Positions 21,290 through 30,407 of a DNA stretch of 64,000 nt are shown one piece after another (the first letter of the stretch is position 1; each line of letters starts with the position of its first letter). A program made the translations under genes and the position numbers. Location of the stretch: assembly GCA_003602605.1 (NCBI GenBank), contig QQRW01000018.1, forward strand, positions 286 through 64,285, in the 5' to 3' direction. Origin of the DNA: Candidatus Poseidoniales archaeon. Its GTDB lineage: Archaea > Thermoplasmatota > Poseidoniia > Poseidoniales > Poseidoniaceae. Under the pieces are notes generated by a model, which saw only the letters and a program-made list of their open reading frames with translations, was not told where the DNA came from and did no database searches.

Positions 21290-22798
21290 ATGGATGACAT
21301 CTACGATTTACGCAGTATCTTTCTTGGAAAAGACAGCATTGTCTCTTCTCTGATTACATCGGCTCTCGAAGGCACGCCACTTGAAGAGAATTCAGGAGAT
21401 TTAGCTTTCCTAGTGGGTACTTTTGCCGTTGTGAACATCGTCTTTTTGATGCTGTTCTTTAGCCAATTCGCTATCCTGTGGATTGAACGAAAGGCTGTTG
21501 CCCGTATGAACGACCGCCGTGGTGCAACGACCGCACTCCGCTCCCTTTGGGTCGGAGAAAACGGCGTTACTGCAGGTGAGTGGTGGAAGATGCTTCCATT
21601 TGGTGGCGGAATTGTAGGTGCCATCAACAAATTCCTCAACAAGAAGTTCGGAAACAGAGACGAGAACTTTGCAACCGTGGACCGTGTGAACAACCGTTCA
21701 TGGATGGGTTACTCGATTCTACCCGGTTTCTTCCAAAATGTTGCTGATGGAATGAAGTTCCTTCTCAAGGAACATATGGTCCCTCGACGGGCAGACAAAC
21801 TCATTTTCGAAGTCTCACCGTTCCTTATTGTTTCATCAACTCTACTTATTCTCGGCATTATTCCTCTTTCAAGTGGCATCTATGCAACCAACCCCGATCT
21901 TTCCATTCTCTACGCTATTGCCATCTTTGGAATTGCACCTATTGGAGTTTTCTTTGCCGGATGGTCATCCAACAACAAGTACACATTAATCGGCGGAATT
22001 CGCTCTGCAGCACAACTTACGGCGTACGAAATCCCTCTCCTACTCACACTCTTGTCGGTGGCTATTCTTTCGGGTACATTCAACATCATCGAGAGTATTC
22101 ACTTCCAACACGCCGCCGGTTCATGGAATCTGTTTTTGATGCCTCTGGGCGCTGTCTTGTTCCTCGTGACCATGATTGCAGAGGTTGAGCGTGTTCCGTT
22201 CGATATGCCAGAAGCTGAAGCGGAATTGGTCGAAGGGTGGTGGACCGAATACGGCGGTATGCGATTCGGAATGCTGTTCATGGCTGAATATATTCGAACA
22301 TATGCAGCTTGTTTCCTATTCACTCACTTTTTCTTGGGCGGATGGCACTTGCCATTCCAAGGTACAATCAGTCAAATCCCAGTTCTCGGCGATGCGTATG
22401 TGTTGATTCCAGGCGCTGTTGTTGTTTTGGTTAAGACATGGCTCGTCTTCCTTGTTGTGTTCGTGTGGGCCCGTTTCTCTCTTGCCCGTATCCGTACTGA
22501 TCAAATCCTTGAGTTCGGTTGGAGAATGCTTCTCCCGCTCTCAGTCGTTCAAGTCGTTCTTTCTGCGGTCTACCGACTGTACTTGTTCGAGCCTACCAAC
22601 ATGAGTTATTCTTCTGAAGGTGGAAACGCATGGGATGCATTCGGCATCCCAATGCTCGTCCCTCTTGCAACAACATTGTTTTGGCTCGGCGTCTTCTATG
22701 TGCTTCTCAACGATGAAGACAAGGACGCAGCTCCAGACAGAATGTATCACGTTTACACATTACAGCCCGCGGGAACGCATACTCCGGGAAAGGACTGA
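21290..22798 (+). CDS. nuoH: NADH-quinone oxidoreductase subunit H (ND1)
   Basis: RBS GAGGTGATTATTATG. Polytopic membrane protein with NuoH hallmark 'VERVPFDMPEAEAELVEGW...EYGGMRFGMLFMAEY'. N-terminal extension relative to typical NuoH. Confidence 0.9.
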   Translation: MDDIYDLRSIFLGKDSIVSSLITSALEGTPLEENSGDLAFLVGTFAVVNIVFLMLFFSQFAILWIERKAVARMNDRRGATTALRSLWVGENGVTAGEWWKMLPFGGGIVGAINKFLNKKFGNRDENFATVDRVNNRSWMGYSILPGFFQNVADGMKFLLKEHMVPRRADKLIFEVSPFLIVSSTLLILGIIPLSSGIYATNPDLSILYAIAIFGIAPIGVFFAGWSSNNKYTLIGGIRSAAQLTAYEIPLLLTLLSVAILSGTFNIIESIHFQHAAGSWNLFLMPLGAVLFLVTMIAEVERVPFDMPEAEAELVEGWWTEYGGMRFGMLFMAEYIRTYAACFLFTHFFLGGWHLPFQGTISQIPVLGDAYVLIPGAVVVLVKTWLVFLVVFVWARFSLARIRTDQILEFGWRMLLPLSVVQVVLSAVYRLYLFEPTNMSYSSEGGNAWDAFGIPMLVPLATTLFWLGVFYVLLNDEDKDAAPDRMYHVYTLQPAGTHTPGKD

Positions 22799-22809
22799 GG
22801 TGAATTATT

Positions 22810-23799
22810 ATGCCAATGCATCCACACGCAAAACCGAATTTTAGAAACTTGTTCTGGTATCCGTTCAAAATTACATTGATTACCGCTCTCCGAACCTTCC
22901 CGTTTTTCGGCAAGAGGTTCGGTAAGCGACTCGATTGGGGCTATCACAATACTGAACACCCAGAGTTCCTTGATGATGGAAGTAAATCCCGTGCAGGTAA
23001 AACTTCTGAGTTTAACGACATCTCGGTTCAGACTTTCGCTCCAGACCGGGTCACTTCGGACTTATTCCCTACACTATGGAAGCCTCAAACTGTTCAATAC
23101 CCGTACGAACGCCTTGAGGAAATGGAACCTTGGCTTTTCGTCCCCGGCAACTACAACGGTCGAATCGGCGTCATTTGGGAAACATGCACTGCGTGTAAAT
23201 TGTGCGTCACCGCCTGCCCTAACGATTGTCTTCACATGACCACAGAACTTCGTGTTGACGTTCTTGACGGTGCTGATGGGGAACACGGAGGAATGGGTGG
23301 AGAACTCGAAGTCGGCGGACACGCTGCCACTCTCCTCCCTGAAGTTGCAGCCACTCTTGACGACTTTAACCACGTCACAGCTCACACCGATACTCCGAAT
23401 GAATGGAGATTTGGTGAAGTGCTCGACCTTACCGGCAGTACTGCAACCGTTCGGTGGAACGATTCTGGTGAAGAAGTCGAAATCGAACAGGCTGAGTTGC
23501 GAGTTGCAGACGACCAAATTGTCTCAGGCCGTATTGACTTGGGCCGATGTATGTTCTGTGGATTGTGTATGGAAGCATGTGGTTTCACTTCTTTCTTCAT
23601 GACCAACGAATACGATGGAATGTCTGGATTCACTCGACAGGAACTTTGGATGGATGCCAGCAGAACTCGTGTATTGCCTGGAATCCATCAAGAAGCAGTT
23701 GACACCGAGTTGGCTAAGCGAGCCACCAAGGAACGCACCAAGCGTGCTAAGAAAGCAGCTAAGGCTGCTGAAGCAAAGGCTGCTGAGGAGAGTGCTTGA
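22810..23799 (+). CDS. nuoI: NADH-quinone oxidoreductase subunit I (2x[4Fe-4S] ferredoxin) with large insertion and Lys/Ala-rich C-terminal tail
   Basis: RBS GAGGTGAATTATTATG. Two CxxCxxCxxxCP motifs (CTACKLCVTACP; CMFCGLCMEACG) separated by about 110 aa of extra sequence. C-terminal 'KRAKKAAKAAEAKAAEE'. Confidence 0.8.
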   Translation: MPMHPHAKPNFRNLFWYPFKITLITALRTFPFFGKRFGKRLDWGYHNTEHPEFLDDGSKSRAGKTSEFNDISVQTFAPDRVTSDLFPTLWKPQTVQYPYERLEEMEPWLFVPGNYNGRIGVIWETCTACKLCVTACPNDCLHMTTELRVDVLDGADGEHGGMGGELEVGGHAATLLPEVAATLDDFNHVTAHTDTPNEWRFGEVLDLTGSTATVRWNDSGEEVEIEQAELRVADDQIVSGRIDLGRCMFCGLCMEACGFTSFFMTNEYDGMSGFTRQELWMDASRTRVLPGIHQEAVDTELAKRATKERTKRAKKAAKAAEAKAAEESA

Positions 23800-23800
23800 G

Positions 23801-24076
23801 ATGGACATCGCAAGTGTTGCTGAAACGGGTGTGTTCTTTTTGTTCGCAACCATTGCGATTCTCGGCGCTCTTGGGCTTGTATTGGCCCAAAGAGTTGCTC
23901 ACTCCATGCTTTCTTTGATTTTTTCTTTCATGGCTGTTTCAGGTATTTTCATCCTTTTGGGTGCAGAATTTCTCGCTGCGATTCAGATTCTCGTCTATCT
24001 TGCTAGCGTCGGTCTCGTCGTCTTGTTCGGTATCATGCTGACCCGTCGACAAATCCTAGAGGAGGACTTTGAATGA
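23801..24076 (+). CDS. nuoJ: NADH-quinone oxidoreductase subunit J, N-terminal half (split gene)
   Basis: Begins 1 nt after nuoI stop; 3 TM helices; NuoJ position in operon. Only about 91 aa, so J appears split into two ORFs. Confidence 0.6.
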   Translation: MDIASVAETGVFFLFATIAILGALGLVLAQRVAHSMLSLIFSFMAVSGIFILLGAEFLAAIQILVYLASVGLVVLFGIMLTRRQILEEDFE

Positions 24077-24342
24077 AACTCGTTTCCTTATTCACCCGTA
24101 TGGGCTTGCTCGCTCTTGGTATGATTCTCGTGTCTGTTCTCAGCGCTGACAGCGTTTGGGCGAACAGCAGCGACGATTACCCAACCACCAGCGGTCTAGC
24201 CGATTCACTGCTCAACGATTGGGCGCTTCCTTTGCTTATCCTCGGTATTCTCATGTCGATGGCAATGATTGGTGCTGCATACCTCGTTCGTGACGAGAGA
24301 ATGGAAAACCTTCTTTGGGAATTTGGAGGTGAAGAGGAATGA
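24073..24342 (+). CDS. small 2-TM membrane protein, probable NuoJ C-terminal half
   Basis: Own RBS (GAGGAGG) and ATGA overlap with preceding ORF; 2 TM helices plus acidic tail; sits where C-terminal part of NuoJ is expected. Confidence 0.45.
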   Translation: MKLVSLFTRMGLLALGMILVSVLSADSVWANSSDDYPTTSGLADSLLNDWALPLLILGILMSMAMIGAAYLVRDERMENLLWEFGGEEE

Positions 24343-24641
24343 TTGATCCAGCATTGGTATCCGCACTCTCTGCTTTGATGTTCGTTATCGGACTCGGCGG
24401 CGCATTCACTCGAAAGAACGCTATTATTGTCCTCATGTGCATCGAATTGATGCTGAACGCAGCGAACATGCAATTCGCTGCAGCCGCAGTCCATCACGGC
24501 GATACGACCGGATGGGTTTACACACTCTTTGCCATTGCAATCGCAGCAAGTGAAGTTGCGATTGGTTTGGCGATTTTCCTTGCCGTTTACGGACAGCACG
24601 AAACGATATCATTGGACGATGTGGATGTCCTGAAGAACTGA
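24339..24641 (+). CDS. nuoK: NADH-quinone oxidoreductase subunit K (ND4L)
   Basis: 100 aa, 3 TM, 'CIELMLNAANMQFAA' with conserved Glu; ATGA overlap with upstream ORF. Confidence 0.85.
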   Translation: MIDPALVSALSALMFVIGLGGAFTRKNAIIVLMCIELMLNAANMQFAAAAVHHGDTTGWVYTLFAIAIAASEVAIGLAIFLAVYGQHETISLDDVDVLKN

Positions 24642-24650
24642 GGTGTTTGA

Positions 24651-26930
24651 ATGGCAGGTACAGATGTTACAACTACAATTCAATCGGAGTGGCTCGATTT
24701 CGCTCCGCTCATCATTCTTCTACCAATGGTTACTTTTGCAGTGATTCTCTTTCTTGGTCGAGTGTTCAACGGCCACCCGGTCTGGAAAAACAATCTGAAG
24801 GAAGGCGGCCTCATTGCGCTACCCGTTATGGGTGCCAGCCTTGTGCTCTCTCTTCTCCTGATTTCGGAGTTCCTCGGCGGGTTTAACCCTCTCAAGGTGT
24901 TTGACCCCGAAATTGCAGATAAAATTGCGTGGGTCAATTCAGCTGTTTGGAACGGCGGAAGCACCGTTACTCCTGTCTCTTTTGGTTTCGGCATTTATGT
25001 AGACCACGTTACCGTCATGCTGTTGTTTGTAGCTGCATTCTTGTGTTTGCTCATCAACACATTCAGTATTGGATACATGAACACGGACCCTATTAACGAT
25101 AACCGAAATCACCGTTTCTATGCAGAATTCGTTTTGTTCTGTTCCGGTATGCTCGGCATGGTACTTGCAGATTCGTTCCTTTGGTTGTTCATCTTCTGGG
25201 AGATAATGGGTCTCTGCTCGTACCTCTTGATTGGATTCTATTACGAACGCCCAAGTGCAGCATCTGCAGCAAAGAAGGCTTTCTTGACCACTCGTATTGG
25301 AGACGTATTCCTCATGATTGGACTTGTCATGCTTTGGGACCTCTTCGGATCGCTTGACTACGCAGTCGTCTTTGATACCCACAACATTGAGGAAGTAGCG
25401 AAGAACTCTGCAGGCACACTTCAATGGGCGCTTGGATTAATGTTCATTGGTGCCGTTGGTAAATCTGCCCAATTCCCACTTCACGTTTGGCTGCCAGACG
25501 CTATGGAAGGACCTACGCCAGTCTCCGCACTCATTCACGCTGCCACCATGGTGAACGCTGGATTGTATCTTGTTGCTCGAATGTTCCCGTTCTTTGGAGC
25601 AGAAGCGCTCCACGGCGACCTCGAAGATCTCGCCTTCATTATCGCTGCAATTGGCGGAATTACCGCAGTTATGGCGGCAGCAATCGCTTTCGTCCAGATG
25701 GATTTGAAGAAGGTCCTCGCCTATTCGACCATGAGTCAATTGGCCTACATCTTCACTGGCCTTGGATGTGCAATGTATCTGGCTAATACGCTTGACTGGC
25801 ATCATGATGATGACGCACACTACATCGTTGTTGTCGCCTTCGGTGCTGCTTTGTTCCACCTGTTCAACCACGCTATGGCTAAGGGTATGTTGTTCATGGC
25901 CAGTGGTTCAGTGATTCACGAAGTTCATCACGCTCACCATCACCTCCACCACCACGACGACCATGGTGATGGACACCACGACGACCATCACGACGATGAC
26001 TTTGATGCTCAATCGATGGAAAACATGGGAGGCTTAGCCTCAAAGATGCCAATTACTGCTACCGCAATGCTCGTTGGTTCGGCTTCGATTATGGGATTGC
26101 CACTCATTGGTGGATTCTGGTCTAAGGAAGGCATTATCGCTAACGCTTGGAGAGTTGCACTGGATGACCCACGGTTCTTCCTGCCGGCGACATGCGTACT
26201 TATCGGAGCAGCCATGACTGGCTTCTACATGTCTCGAATGTGGTTCAAGACATTTGCCGGTAAACCAAACAACGAGGTCGCAGCTCATGTTGGACCTACC
26301 AACACATGGATCAAGACGCCTCTGTTCATCTTGACTTTCGTTACCCTTTCTTCGGTAATTTTCGCAGGACTTGGCTTCACACACTGGGCTTCCGATAACG
26401 CGTATGAACTCGGTGAGAAAGGTCTGCTCAAGGGGCTTGTCTACGAATTGGAACACGCCTTTGCAAACTCCGATGCGTTCTTCTTCATCCTGACCTATGT
26501 TGCCATCTTCTTGGGTGCAATCGTCGGTCCCGGACTTGCTATGGCTCTCTACGGAGGCAAACTTGCTGACGGGGAAGAAACAAAGTCATGGATGCGCCCA
26601 GTCATTCAACTCAGTGCTTGGATTAACAAGCGCTTCCACTTCGACAACTCTGCTTTCGCAGAATCCAGTTTGGCCACCGCTCTTGAGAACCGTCTCTACA
26701 TTGATGAGTACTACGACAAAGCTATGGTAAACATCGTGGCAGGATTCTCAAACAAAGCGGCAGAAGCAGACAGCGAAGTCATTGATGGAACCATCAAGGC
26801 GATTGAAAGTGGTTCGCAATCGCTTTCATCCATTGTTCGTTCAATGACCACTGGTTCTGCACGTGATTACATCCTCATGGTGGCAGTTGGAACATTAGCG
26901 ATCTTCATGTTGATTTGGGGGGTGGCTTGA
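24651..26930 (+). CDS. nuoL: NADH-quinone oxidoreductase subunit L (ND5) with His/Asp-rich insertion
   Basis: Antiporter-like subunit motifs ('WLPDAMEGPTPVSALIHAATMV'). Contains 'HEVHHAHHHLHHHDDHGDGHHDDHHDDD' insert; long C-terminal amphipathic extension typical of NuoL. Confidence 0.9.
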   Translation: MAGTDVTTTIQSEWLDFAPLIILLPMVTFAVILFLGRVFNGHPVWKNNLKEGGLIALPVMGASLVLSLLLISEFLGGFNPLKVFDPEIADKIAWVNSAVWNGGSTVTPVSFGFGIYVDHVTVMLLFVAAFLCLLINTFSIGYMNTDPINDNRNHRFYAEFVLFCSGMLGMVLADSFLWLFIFWEIMGLCSYLLIGFYYERPSAASAAKKAFLTTRIGDVFLMIGLVMLWDLFGSLDYAVVFDTHNIEEVAKNSAGTLQWALGLMFIGAVGKSAQFPLHVWLPDAMEGPTPVSALIHAATMVNAGLYLVARMFPFFGAEALHGDLEDLAFIIAAIGGITAVMAAAIAFVQMDLKKVLAYSTMSQLAYIFTGLGCAMYLANTLDWHHDDDAHYIVVVAFGAALFHLFNHAMAKGMLFMASGSVIHEVHHAHHHLHHHDDHGDGHHDDHHDDDFDAQSMENMGGLASKMPITATAMLVGSASIMGLPLIGGFWSKEGIIANAWRVALDDPRFFLPATCVLIGAAMTGFYMSRMWFKTFAGKPNNEVAAHVGPTNTWIKTPLFILTFVTLSSVIFAGLGFTHWASDNAYELGEKGLLKGLVYELEHAFANSDAFFFILTYVAIFLGAIVGPGLAMALYGGKLADGEETKSWMRPVIQLSAWINKRFHFDNSAFAESSLATALENRLYIDEYYDKAMVNIVAGFSNKAAEADSEVIDGTIKAIESGSQSLSSIVRSMTTGSARDYILMVAVGTLAIFMLIWGVA

Positions 26931-28571
26931 ATGCAAGATTGGATTTCATTGCCGCTCGTCGGTTTCCCCTTGATCTCAAGCCTTCTTCTCTTGGCTTTCG
27001 TTTCGAAAGCAAGTGAGTCGATGCGAAACAAACTTTCCGACCCGATCCGAATGGCTTGTTTGGTGTTCTCGTTGGTTCTTCTCGGAATCACCACGGGTAT
27101 GTTCTTCCAGTACTTCGGAGACATCAGTTGGGAGGGTATTGGATTTAACCAATACGAGTACACTCATCGCTACACCTGGATTGAATCACTCGGAATTCAT
27201 TGGACTGTAGGTTTGGATGCCCTCTCCTTCCCAATGGTTTGGTTGACAACTTTCCTCCTACCTGTGACAATCATTGCTACATGGAATGAAAAGAATGGTG
27301 CTACCTACTTCCCAATCGTACTGGCAATGGGCGGCGCTTTAATCGGCGTATTCGTTGCTCTTGACTTGTTCATGTTCTACGTGTTCTGGGAATTGACACT
27401 GATTCCGATGTTCTTCCTCATCCTCATGTGGGGTGGAGCAGACAGAAAGTATGCTTCTCAGAAGTTCTTCATCTACACCTTTACCGCCTCTGTAGTGATG
27501 TTGCTCGGTCTGATAACGCTCTACTTCTTCCAAGACCCCGGAAATCCATTGGATTACGCAGGCAGCATGACCGGTCGAAGTTTCGATATTCCAACCATTA
27601 CACAACACGCTCTTGCAGAGAACAGCAATGGAAACTGGTACCTTGGAGCTAACATTCAGAAGATTCTGTTCGTAATGCTCATGCTTGGGTTCTTGGTTAA
27701 ACTTCCAGCAGTTCCATTCCACACCTGGCTGCCTGACGCTCACGTTCAAGCGCCCACGGGTGGTTCAATGCTACTAGCAGGCGTAATGCTCAAGATGGGT
27801 GCTTACGGCATGTTCCGACTGCCAATCAGTTTGTTCCCGCATGCTTTGGAGTATTTCCAACTCGCTTTGATGATTATCGGTATGATTTCGCTTGTTTGGG
27901 GAGCCATTGTCTGTTTGGGTCAAACCAATCTGAAGAAGATGGTTGCCTACTCATCCGTTTCTCACATGGGTGTCATTCTCATCGGAATCGCTACAATGCA
28001 ACCAATGGGATGGGCAGCAGCCCTCTTCATGATGTTTGCTCACGGCATCATCAGCCCGATGCTTTTCGCCGTGTGTGGCGCTTTCAAGCACCACTACCAC
28101 AGCATGGAAATCGGAGCTATGCGTGGAATGGCAAAGCACTCACCTTGGATTGCCACATCAATGATGTTTGCATGGATGGCCTCACTCGGTCTTCCACTTT
28201 TGGCAGGATTCGTTGCTGAATTAATGATGTTCATTGCTTTGTGGTATTTCATTGATGCTAACGGATGGAGCGTCTTTTGGATGGTCGGACCGGCGCTTGT
28301 ACTCGCTGTTACCGCTGCATACTACCTTTGGTCGATGCAACGAACAATCTTTGAGGGTGGAGACGAAACTCAACCTCCTGCTTCGTTGCACGGAGAACCA
28401 GTGCCCGATCTTGCATCGCCGGAGAAATTGGCTATGCTCATTCTGGCTGCCTTCACAATCCTGTTCGGTGTCATGCCGTGGATTGGTCTCGATATGATGC
28501 ATGATTGGACAAAACAAATCTTTGACGGTTTGATTTTACCAATTCTTGGTGACTTTAGCGGAGGTATCTGA
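26931..28571 (+). CDS. nuoM: NADH-quinone oxidoreductase subunit M (ND4)
   Basis: 'FHTWLPDAHVQAPTGGSMLLAGVMLKMGAYG' Mrp-antiporter-like motif; operon position. Confidence 0.9.
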   Translation: MQDWISLPLVGFPLISSLLLLAFVSKASESMRNKLSDPIRMACLVFSLVLLGITTGMFFQYFGDISWEGIGFNQYEYTHRYTWIESLGIHWTVGLDALSFPMVWLTTFLLPVTIIATWNEKNGATYFPIVLAMGGALIGVFVALDLFMFYVFWELTLIPMFFLILMWGGADRKYASQKFFIYTFTASVVMLLGLITLYFFQDPGNPLDYAGSMTGRSFDIPTITQHALAENSNGNWYLGANIQKILFVMLMLGFLVKLPAVPFHTWLPDAHVQAPTGGSMLLAGVMLKMGAYGMFRLPISLFPHALEYFQLALMIIGMISLVWGAIVCLGQTNLKKMVAYSSVSHMGVILIGIATMQPMGWAAALFMMFAHGIISPMLFAVCGAFKHHYHSMEIGAMRGMAKHSPWIATSMMFAWMASLGLPLLAGFVAELMMFIALWYFIDANGWSVFWMVGPALVLAVTAAYYLWSMQRTIFEGGDETQPPASLHGEPVPDLASPEKLAMLILAAFTILFGVMPWIGLDMMHDWTKQIFDGLILPILGDFSGGI

Positions 28572-28572
28572 A

Positions 28573-30303
28573 ATGTCGAACCTAACTGAAATCGAACCGT
28601 TCGGAGAAGGATTTGTCGAAGCAATGGGGCCAGAACTCATTTTGTTTGTTGGCATGATACTCCTTATCATCGTACCAAATCTCGGTAAAGGTACATTCCG
28701 CATACCTGGAACTCAAGTGAGACTACCTTGGCTTCTGGGTGGTCAGCGTTTTACAATTACCAGTGACCCACGGCTGCCTGCTTGGCTGGCAACCTTGACT
28801 TTAGGCGGTGCTTTCTTCAATGTTCTCTACACATTCAGCCAGGGACTCGACCGGGTTGCTATCGTGACTGAATCTGGAAAGCAATTGCTACTTGTAAACG
28901 GCTTCAGTAGGATTTTCGAACTGATTTTCTTTGGTGCTCTTGCACTTGCTGCATTTTCAAGCATGAACCGTCTACGTGTGGATGGTGTTGGTTCAAAGGT
29001 ATCAGAAACTGAATTATTCAACAACCGACGGCAAGCTGATTTCTACATCTTGATGGTAACTTGTGCACTGGGAATGTCCGTTGTCGCACTTGCCCAAGAT
29101 CTGTTTGTGTTGTTCATCGGGCTTGAACTTGCATCGTTCTCTACCTATGTCCTCGTTGCGTTCCTCAAGGAATCCAAGGTTGGGGTTGAATCTGGAATGA
29201 AATACTTCATCGTCGGTTCAGTTGCTTCAGGTGTCGGTCTATACGGCCTGTCGATGCTTTACCTCTGGGCAGGTTCGCTGCAATTCGATGTATTGGCTAC
29301 TGCTTTTGCAACGACCAGTTCAACAGAAATGGCTCTGCCGTTAATCGGAATCGGCTTTGTGCTGGTTGGATTTGGTTTCAAGGTCAGTGCAGCCCCATTC
29401 CACTTCGCTGCTCCAGATGCGTATGCTGGAGCAACAAGTCCTGTTGCCGGTGTTCTTGCAACTGCAAGCAAGGCAATGGGAATGATTGGATTGGTTCGTA
29501 TGTTACTCATTGTTGCGGCTCCTGAAACCGGTGATGGCAGTGCTATCTGGCTTGTTTGTCTTGGCGTTCTTGCAGCGGTTACCATGACTTGGGGTAACCT
29601 GGCCGCTCTTGGCAGCGACAATCCAAAGCGAATGCTCGCTTATTCCTCCGTTGCTCACGCTGGTTACATGCTGGCTGCTCTCACTGCAGTTGGTGCTTGG
29701 AACTGGGATGCTGCAGTGTCTGGCGATGCTGGTGCGGCAGCGGTTGCCGTCTTGACGGCTGTAATCTTCCACCTGCTGGTTTTGGTTGCCTTCAAACTCG
29801 GCGCCTTCCTCGTACTGTCCATTCTTGAATCAGAAGGCGATGTTTCCCGTTTGTCTTCACTTGGCGGCCTTGCTAAGCGAGAACCACTCCTTGCAGTCTC
29901 AATGTTCATCTTCATGATTTCACTTGCAGGTGTTCCACCAATGGCTGGGTTCCTTTCGAAGTTACTCGTCATCATGGGAATCGTCCGTGTCGCCGTTGGT
30001 GACATGGGTGCGGAACTCGCCGATGGCGGCATCTACGCACTAGGCGACATGCACTGGGTTTGGTGGCTTGCGTTGTTAATGGTCCTCAACTCAGCGATTT
30101 CGATGTTCTACTATCTTCGTGTCGGTGTCGTTATGTTCTTTGACGAACCTGAAGAAGGCCGTGAAGGGCCACTTCCGTCCGGCTGGCAAGTACGTGCAGC
30201 AATCTTTGCTTGTGTCCTTACGACACTCATCATTGGTGTCGCTGGAGACGCAGTGCTTCGCCTTTGTGAAATGGCTGCTCAGAGTCTCAACTACAACTGG
30301 TGA
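28573..30303 (+). CDS. nuoN: NADH-quinone oxidoreductase subunit N (ND2)
   Basis: GAGGT RBS then ATG at 28573; 'APFHFAAPDAYAGATSPVAGVLATASKAMG' antiporter-like motif; last gene of operon. Confidence 0.85.
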   Translation: MSNLTEIEPFGEGFVEAMGPELILFVGMILLIIVPNLGKGTFRIPGTQVRLPWLLGGQRFTITSDPRLPAWLATLTLGGAFFNVLYTFSQGLDRVAIVTESGKQLLLVNGFSRIFELIFFGALALAAFSSMNRLRVDGVGSKVSETELFNNRRQADFYILMVTCALGMSVVALAQDLFVLFIGLELASFSTYVLVAFLKESKVGVESGMKYFIVGSVASGVGLYGLSMLYLWAGSLQFDVLATAFATTSSTEMALPLIGIGFVLVGFGFKVSAAPFHFAAPDAYAGATSPVAGVLATASKAMGMIGLVRMLLIVAAPETGDGSAIWLVCLGVLAAVTMTWGNLAALGSDNPKRMLAYSSVAHAGYMLAALTAVGAWNWDAAVSGDAGAAAVAVLTAVIFHLLVLVAFKLGAFLVLSILESEGDVSRLSSLGGLAKREPLLAVSMFIFMISLAGVPPMAGFLSKLLVIMGIVRVAVGDMGAELADGGIYALGDMHWVWWLALLMVLNSAISMFYYLRVGVVMFFDEPEEGREGPLPSGWQVRAAIFACVLTTLIIGVAGDAVLRLCEMAAQSLNYNW

Positions 30304-30407
30304 GGCTGTTCTTTCGGCTTAAACGCCCTATTGCGGGACTTTTGAGACGGGTTCTTGGGTGCTGTATTCAAGAAGGGTCGGCTGTTGGGATATACAGGTG
30401 AGACTAC

